This document shows positions 6,460 to 11,918 of a DNA stretch of 11,918 bases, in pieces. The stretch is from Gemmatimonadaceae bacterium. GTDB taxonomy: Bacteria > Gemmatimonadota > Gemmatimonadetes > Gemmatimonadales > Gemmatimonadaceae. The position numbers and the translations under genes were made by a program. The stretch lies in contig JBHYGA010000002.1 of NCBI GenBank assembly GCA_051859245.1, positions 1 to 11,918 on the forward strand, given 5' to 3'. The notes beneath the pieces were generated by a model. That model made no database searches. It saw nothing but the letters and a program-made list of their open reading frames with translations, and had not been told where the DNA came from. How positions within the stretch are numbered: the stretch's first letter is position 1; the number at the start of each line of letters is the position of its first letter.

Positions 6460-9400
6460 TCAGAAGCTGGTCCTGAGCGAGAACGTGAACTGACGCAGGT
6501 TCGGGAATCCGAACACGTCGATGGAGTTAAGTACGGCCGAGTTCTGCACACCGCCGCCGCTGCCAACTTCCGGATCAAAGCCACGGTAGTCAGTCCAGGT
6601 GAGCAGGTTGCGTCCGATAACTGAGGCAGACCAATCGCCGAAGCCACCGATGCGGCCGATGCGATAGCCAACCGTCACTTCACGAAGCTTCACGAAGCTG
6701 GCGTCTTCGACGCTGTTGTTGTTCGGACCAAGCACGTCATACAAACCACCCAGGCCGTTGGCCGACAGCGCGCGGTAGTAGTAACCGATCGGGCGGGCGT
6801 TCTCGACGCCAGCGCCAACCTGATCCACTTCGCCGTGCATGAAGTCACCGAGCGACCACTGACGGCCGTAGTTCCACACGTCCTTGCCAACGGTCGCGTC
6901 AAGCAACGCGAACAGGGTGAGGCGCTTGTAACCCGCCGTGTGCTGCATGGACCAGCGGTAGTCCGGCAACGAGTTGCCGATTTCCGGCTGAATCACCGCG
7001 TTCGTGACGTCGTCACGAAGCAGGATCGGCATGCCCCAGTTGTAGGCTTCCGCGCCCCAGGCAGTCTGCGCTGCTGGAAGCTGCGTGAACCACAGGTTCT
7101 TTGTGATGCCTTCCTGCGGGGTGTTGCCGGCGCCCGTGTAGACCACGAAGCCACTGCTGTTCTTCTGGTACGTCTTGCCAGGACCGCAATCCTGCGCCGC
7201 CGCACCCTTGAGCTGGTTGCAATCCTTCACAAAGACACGACCGTAGATCGCACCAATGCTCTTGCCCTGCTCGTACTTGTACATTGACTCCGAACCCTGC
7301 GATCCGCCCGTGTTGAACTGCTGCGGGATATCCAGGCGCGAGATGATCGACGTGGTACGATCGTAGTTCAAACGCACAGAGTAGTTCAGATCCTGGCGCG
7401 AGATGATCGGCAGGTTGAGGCTGACTTCGAGCGTGTTGTTGGTGAGTTCACCAGCGTTACGCCACTGCGTGCTGAAACCGGCGGCTGCGGCCTGTGCCAC
7501 CTGCAACAGCTGCTGGTCAATCACGTTATTCGCGTGCGTGACCGTGATGCCATACTTGCTGAACAGCTCCATGTCCACGCCAATTTCCGTTTCCGTGGAA
7601 ATTTCGGGACGGAGGAAGCGGTTACCCAACACGCCCGGCGAGAGTGCACCACCGGCGCCAATGTTGAACGTTTCGTACTGCGCCGTGAAGTTCGGGCGGT
7701 TACCGGCCGTACCACGCGAGGCGCGGAACTTGAGGTCAGAGAACATCGGCACGTTGAACCACGGTTCATCGCTCAAACGCCAGGCGAATGAACCACGGCC
7801 GTACGTCTGCCAACGCTCGGCCGCACCAAAGAGCGAGGCGGCGTCACGACGAACAAGTGCACCGAAGATGTAGCGGCCCTTGTAGTCAAGATCGAGGTTC
7901 GCAAACATGCCCAGCTGACGCACCATGCTCGAGCCACCGCCAATACCGAAGTTCGTAATCGCGGCGTCTGGATCGTTGAGTCCCGGAACGGCCAGCTGCG
8001 AGCCGCTTCCGCTCTGGCTCACACCACGCTGCTCTTCATACAGGTAACGCAGCGTCAGGCGCGAGTTCAACGCGTCGTCGAACCAGCCACGGCGCGCCGT
8101 GGTGTTAAGCGACAAGTTGATCGAGTTTTCGCGGCCCGCGCTGCGGCTGACGTTACCGAGATTCGTTCCCGGAGCCGAAGGAATCGTGCGATAGCCGAGG
8201 TTGACCTGGCTTTCCTGGAAGTTCTGACGACCGTCGTAACCAGCCGTGGCTTCTGCATCGAGCCACGTAAGCGGGCGCCAACGGAGATTCATGGAGCCAA
8301 CAAAGCGGCTGATACGATTCACCGGGCGGAAGTTTTCCGCGTCGTAGGCCGGGTTGTCGTTCTGCGAGCCCTGCTGCTGGGCGACCGTACGGATATAGAG
8401 ACGGCCGAGGTCATCACGGGCGAGCAGATCGGCGTTGGCCGGCTGACGTGTGATGCGGAACCAGGCAGCGCCGCTATTGAAGTCGGCGGCTTCGATGTAC
8501 GACGTGCGGAACTGCATGTCCACGTCGTTACCGAACTGATGGTCAAGATTCAGACGGATCGAGTTACGCGTGTAGCCTTCCATGAACTTCACGGCGCCTT
8601 CGTTGCGCAGCGTGTTGAGTGACGCAAAGAAGTTCGTACGGCCAACGCGGCCCGTCGCGTCAATCGTACCGTTCAGTGCGGCGCCGTTCGTCAGGAACTG
8701 CTTCACCGGGTTACCGGCGAGCGGGAACTGATTCGTCTGGTACAGCGAGCGCATGTTCAGCACGCCCGGGTTACGCGCAATACCGGCGTCGCCCGTGAAG
8801 TTGACTGGCGCAACCGGGTTGGCTTCCGGGTTGTTGTTGATGCGCTTGGTTTCCTGATAAATGTCGACGGTGCGTGAGCACGCGGGCTGGCCCGCGACGT
8901 CGATGCAGAACCGACTCATGTCTTCGTTCATGATCATGAAGTGGTACCGCGGGAACTCGTATTCGTTTTCAATGCTGGACGTGCCGTATTCCATCGCGGC
9001 ACTGAAGCGCACACCTTCGCTGCCGCTCTTACCGGTGCGCGTGGTGATGTTGATCACGCCATTACCAGCGCGCGAGCCGTACAGCGACGCGGCGGCGGCA
9101 CCCTTCACGACTTCGATATTCTCGATATCCTGCGGGTTGATGTCCTGCAAACCACCCTGCGACACCACGCCGTCAATGATGTACAGCGGGTCCTGACCAC
9201 GGCCCGTTGCGTTCATGGACTGGGGGCCACGCAGAATGATCGCGGGCGCAGAACCCGGACGGCCTGACGCCGACACGATGTTCGCGCCGGCCACCTTGCC
9301 CTGCAGCTGCGCCAACGGATTGGCACCGGCCACCGGCATGTCAGCCGCAGAAACCTGAGCCACGGAGAAGGCGAGCTTCTTCACTTCGGTCGCGCCCGTC

Positions 9401-9789
9401 ACGCCGGTCACGACGACCTGGCTCAGGCGGTTGACGTCCTGCTTGAGCTGGAAGTCGGTTTCGGTCGTTCCGGCATTCAGCGTGATTCGCTTTGTTACGG
9501 CAGTGTAGCCGATGTAGCGGCCCTGCATCGTGACTTCCTGACCGCGCACACGGGCGGCCGGAATTACCAACGTGTACCGCCCCTGCGCGTTCGTCAGTGC
9601 GCCGGCATTCAGCTCGGTCACAAAAATCGTGGCACCGTCAATCGGCTGCCCCGCTTCATTCGTGACGCGACCCGTAAGGGTTGCTGTCTGCTGCGCCTGT
9701 AGAACCTGCGGAGCGAGGGCCACCAGTGCGAGCCCGATGGCTACGCCCGAGCGCGCCAACCGCCGCAGTCCCCCGACCAAATACGTCAT
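6460..9789 (-). CDS. susC: SusC/RagA family TonB-dependent outer-membrane transporter (1109 aa)
   Basis: Signal peptide ending VLQA-QQ, then a CarboxypepD_reg-like domain (LTGRVTNEAGQPIDGATI) and TonB-box region LSQVVVTG. Plug signature DPLYIIDGV...DINPQDIENIEVVKGAAAASLYGSRAGNGVINITT. Barrel motifs RRDAASLFG, LKFRASRGTAGN, LRPEISTETEIG, VEDASFVKLREVTVGY and GRNLLTWTDYRGFDPE; terminal Phe. SD AAGGAGG at 9796-9802. Confidence 0.96.
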   Translation of the reverse strand: MTYLVGGLRRLARSGVAIGLALVALAPQVLQAQQTATLTGRVTNEAGQPIDGATIFVTELNAGALTNAQGRYTLVIPAARVRGQEVTMQGRYIGYTAVTKRITLNAGTTETDFQLKQDVNRLSQVVVTGVTGATEVKKLAFSVAQVSAADMPVAGANPLAQLQGKVAGANIVSASGRPGSAPAIILRGPQSMNATGRGQDPLYIIDGVVSQGGLQDINPQDIENIEVVKGAAAASLYGSRAGNGVINITTRTGKSGSEGVRFSAAMEYGTSSIENEYEFPRYHFMIMNEDMSRFCIDVAGQPACSRTVDIYQETKRINNNPEANPVAPVNFTGDAGIARNPGVLNMRSLYQTNQFPLAGNPVKQFLTNGAALNGTIDATGRVGRTNFFASLNTLRNEGAVKFMEGYTRNSIRLNLDHQFGNDVDMQFRTSYIEAADFNSGAAWFRITRQPANADLLARDDLGRLYIRTVAQQQGSQNDNPAYDAENFRPVNRISRFVGSMNLRWRPLTWLDAEATAGYDGRQNFQESQVNLGYRTIPSAPGTNLGNVSRSAGRENSINLSLNTTARRGWFDDALNSRLTLRYLYEEQRGVSQSGSGSQLAVPGLNDPDAAITNFGIGGGSSMVRQLGMFANLDLDYKGRYIFGALVRRDAASLFGAAERWQTYGRGSFAWRLSDEPWFNVPMFSDLKFRASRGTAGNRPNFTAQYETFNIGAGGALSPGVLGNRFLRPEISTETEIGVDMELFSKYGITVTHANNVIDQQLLQVAQAAAAGFSTQWRNAGELTNNTLEVSLNLPIISRQDLNYSVRLNYDRTTSIISRLDIPQQFNTGGSQGSESMYKYEQGKSIGAIYGRVFVKDCNQLKGAAAQDCGPGKTYQKNSSGFVVYTGAGNTPQEGITKNLWFTQLPAAQTAWGAEAYNWGMPILLRDDVTNAVIQPEIGNSLPDYRWSMQHTAGYKRLTLFALLDATVGKDVWNYGRQWSLGDFMHGEVDQVGAGVENARPIGYYYRALSANGLGGLYDVLGPNNNSVEDASFVKLREVTVGYRIGRIGGFGDWSASVIGRNLLTWTDYRGFDPEVGSGGGVQNSAVLNSIDVFGFPNLRQFTFSLRTSF

Positions 9790-9795
9790 CCCAAC

Positions 9796-9802
9796 CCTCC
9801 TT
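9796..9802 (-). promoter_or_regulatory. Shine-Dalgarno site of susC
   Basis: AAGGAGG 6 nt upstream of ATG 9789, preceded by a U-rich stretch on the mRNA strand. Confidence 0.85.
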
Positions 9803-9834
9803 TGAAGAAAAACACACAGGAGTGAAACACACCG

Positions 9835-9886
9835 GAAACAACAGACCCGGCTACTGGACCCGCCCTATGCGGATCCCGGCAACCGG
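9835..9886 (-). terminator. Candidate attenuator/terminator-like hairpin in the susC leader
   Basis: Minus strand: CCGGTTGC-cg-GGATCCGC-atagg-GCGGGTCC-a-GTAGCCGG (8+8 bp, 3 G-U pairs), followed by GTCTGTTGTTT. The U-tract is interrupted and offset from the stem. Confidence 0.35.
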
Positions 9887-10141
9887 CTGACCTTGCTTCC
9901 CGTGGGGCGTCCCAGCGGCCAGAGTGGCAACTGTTGCGGACGCACCGCTGATACAGAGCCGAAGCCCTGATTCGTTCGCGAACCCGTCGCCGAATAGGCG
10001 CCTGGGATCGCAACATTCGATTGTTATTGGGACGGCCCGCGACGACACGGGCTTGGAGCACAGAGGAGGGAACTTTGGGTCAAGACCCTGAGTATTCGGG
10101 ACCAGACGTGGTGCGGAAGGACGAACCGGTTGAGCTCGCGC

Positions 10142-10170
10142 AGTATTGTGGGCTGATCGGCGTGCGTCAA
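10142..10170 (-). promoter_or_regulatory. Putative sigma70-type promoter for the susC operon
   Basis: Minus strand TTGACG (10170-10165) - 17 nt - AATACT (10147-10142), with an A7 tract upstream (10201-10195). Confidence 0.55.
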
Positions 10171-10500
10171 GACTTGGTTACGATTCACGGCGTGTTTTTT
10201 TGGAACTTCGTGACAAACGAAGGGACTTGCGCATTCCCTACCGAGCGGAAACCGTTAGCGCGCATCCTGCTGCGCGCCGCCCGTCCCCTCGCAAAGCAGC
10301 CGTTTCCGGTGCTCGCTGCTTCTCGTCCCGCCACAATACCTCTTGAGCCCACTACACGCGTGCTTGGCCCTATGCCCAGTCGCTTTTGCGATTCGGGGTG
10401 TCGCGTTCGTGGCGGCCACGCCATCCGGCCGCGCGCCACGAAACCGCGCACATTGTAACGGCGCGCTGTGTAACGACGCTCGGCAATACGGAGCGGCGCT

Positions 10501-11844
10501 CTGAATCCCTGGCTGTCCCCGTTCTGGGGCGCGGCCATCGTCGCGGCTCGTGCTGGCGCGGCGATGGCCTCTCCCGAGTCGGGGGTCAAGCCGCTTCGGG
10601 CGCTTGCGGCACGACGAGGCGTCCTTGACCGCATCCGCCGCCAGGCTGCCGCCCGGGATCGCACGCGGCCACTGGTGTGGCTGCACGCCCCCTCCGTGGG
10701 CGAAGGACTGCAGGCGCGGCCAGTGCTCGAAGCCCTGCGCCGCGCGCATCCTGACTGGCAGCTGGCGTACACCTGGTTCTCACCCAGCGCTGATCAGTTC
10801 GCGGCGCGACTTGATGTGGATCTTCGTGAGGTCTTGCCGTTCGACGGCGTACGTGAAGCCAATGCGCTGCTCGACGCCTGGCAACCCGATGTGCTCGCGT
10901 TCACCAAGCTGGATGTCTGGCCGGTACTGGCCGAGCGAGCGGCTGCACGCGGCGTGCGTACCGCTCTGATCAGTGCCACACTGGCGAGCAACTCATCGCG
11001 TCAGGGATTCTTCGCGCGCGCACTGCTGCACGATGCCTACGCGTCGTTGCACGCCGTTGGTGCGATCGCATCGGAAGACGCCGCCCGACTGGTACAACTT
11101 GGCGTGCGTGAGGATCGCATTGCCATCACCGGTGATACACGCATGGATCAGGTGTGGCAGCGTGCGCATTCCGTAACGCCGTCGCACAAGCTGCGTGTAT
11201 TGCTCGCGCCGTCTGATGAATCAACGGTCACGCTTATTGTTGGTTCGTCATGGCCCGCCGACGAAGCGGTGGTGTTGCCCACTGTCACTGAATGGCTGGC
11301 GGCGTATCCAAATGCGCGCGTGATCATCGCGCCGCATGAACCGACCGCGAAACATCTTGATCCGATCGTCGCGTGGGCGCGCGCGCAGGGAGTATTGCTC
11401 GCGCGATTGTCCGAGGTGGAAGCCGATGCGACCCGCGCGCGAAGCGACGCGAGTGACACTCGTAATGCTTCTGATTCAGTCGCGTGGCGCGTGCTGCTCG
11501 TCGACCGTGTTGGTGTGCTCGGCGATCTCTACGCACTAGGCGACATTGCGTTCGTCGGCGGCGGCTTGCACAACGCCGGATTGCATTCGGTGCTCGAGCC
11601 GGCTGCGTTTGGAATTCCGGTGCTCTTTGGCCCGAAACATCAGAATGCGCGGGAGGCTGGAGAGATGGTGAAAGCCGGCGGCGCGTGTGTTGTGTCGACG
11701 AGTGCCGAGCTGCGCGAACGGTTGGTGCGCTTCACGACCAACAGCAATGCGCGCGCACAAGTTGGTGCGACTGCGCAGTCGATAGTGCGCGATGGGCTCG
11801 GGAGTACGGCGCGGGTTGTGTCGTTGATTGAGTCGCTGCTCTAA
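10501..11844 (+). CDS. waaA: 3-deoxy-D-manno-octulosonic acid (Kdo) transferase, GT30
   Basis: Motifs LVWLHAPSVGE, TWFSPS, LPFD, KLDVWP, ITGDTRMD, GSSWPADE, IIAPHEP, LGDLYALGDIAFVGGG and HSVLEPAAFGIPVLFGP. The ORF track starts at ATG 10564. An in-frame CTG at 10501 has GGAG 7 nt upstream and adds a hydrophobic N-terminal segment; the upstream in-frame stop is at 10471. Start is uncertain. Confidence 0.93.
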   Translation: MNPWLSPFWGAAIVAARAGAAMASPESGVKPLRALAARRGVLDRIRRQAAARDRTRPLVWLHAPSVGEGLQARPVLEALRRAHPDWQLAYTWFSPSADQFAARLDVDLREVLPFDGVREANALLDAWQPDVLAFTKLDVWPVLAERAAARGVRTALISATLASNSSRQGFFARALLHDAYASLHAVGAIASEDAARLVQLGVREDRIAITGDTRMDQVWQRAHSVTPSHKLRVLLAPSDESTVTLIVGSSWPADEAVVLPTVTEWLAAYPNARVIIAPHEPTAKHLDPIVAWARAQGVLLARLSEVEADATRARSDASDTRNASDSVAWRVLLVDRVGVLGDLYALGDIAFVGGGLHNAGLHSVLEPAAFGIPVLFGPKHQNAREAGEMVKAGGACVVSTSAELRERLVRFTTNSNARAQVGATAQSIVRDGLGSTARVVSLIESLL

Positions 11845-11864
11845 CTGCGCTGTTGCTGTTCCCG

Positions 11865-11918
11865 ATTCGGTCATTCGGCCCAGTAGCGGGAGCCCACGGC
11901 CATTTGGCCTTTCGGCCT
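11865..11918. repeat. 54 bp dispersed repeat, right copy (direct orientation relative to 1-54)
   Basis: attcggtc-attcggcc-cagtagcgggagcccacggcc-atttggcc-tttcggcc-t; 47/54 identical to 1-54. It begins 20 nt after the waaA stop. Confidence 0.92.

Noticed and set aside
264..9805. Many 60-170 aa + strand and alternate-frame ORFs overlapping the minus-strand genes
   Set aside because: Typical high-GC antisense or shadow ORFs lying within well-supported genes, with no domain-like features.
9877..9940. c-di-GMP-I (GEMM) riboswitch call
   Set aside because: GGGACGC and CAGCCGGTTGCCG are present. However, the GGCAAA start, GNRA-capped P2, the GCAAA junction and a P3 partner strand are missing. Kept only as part of the unknown-leader finding.
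9945..10000. c-di-AMP (ydaO) riboswitch-like words CCGCTGA...GAACCCGTC...TAGGCG on the + strand
   Set aside because: It lacks the GGGGAACC/GGGGTGAA core and the CAGCTAAC segment, is too short, and is antisense to the susC leader.
10055..10096. Second TTGACC (10083-10078) and second AATACT (10096-10091) on the minus strand
   Set aside because: Neither has a correctly spaced partner hexamer.
9786..10458. Intergenic ORFs 9786-10061 (-), 10021-10458 (+), 10146-10346 (+) and the minus ORFs overlapping the waaA start
   Set aside because: Arg/Pro/Ala-rich with no recognisable motif or good SD, and they overlap promoter elements. A leader peptide cannot be strictly excluded.

Overview
GC-rich bacterial chromosomal segment, most likely Gemmatimonadota. 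This is an inference from a SusC/SusD-type pair and an FCB-type WaaA in high-GC DNA with strong Shine-Dalgarno sites. Eight co-oriented minus-strand genes form two modules. The first is a CAZyme-free TonB-dependent uptake locus: SusC/RagA, SusD/RagB-like lipoprotein, small doubly-anchored exported protein, DUF4397-like lipoprotein, and a barrel-less 'N-terminal domain + plug' SusC-like protein. The second is a TPM-domain / Pol-beta-type nucleotidyltransferase / LemA triad. Kdo transferase waaA is transcribed divergently, across a ~710 bp intergenic region holding a sigma70-like promoter and a structured ~345 nt susC leader. The window begins and ends with two direct-orientation copies of a 54 bp element built from ATTCGGYC octamers (47/54 identical). 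No rRNA, tRNA, CRISPR array, integrase or transposase is visible. All calls come from manual reading of motifs; no database searches or folding programs were run.
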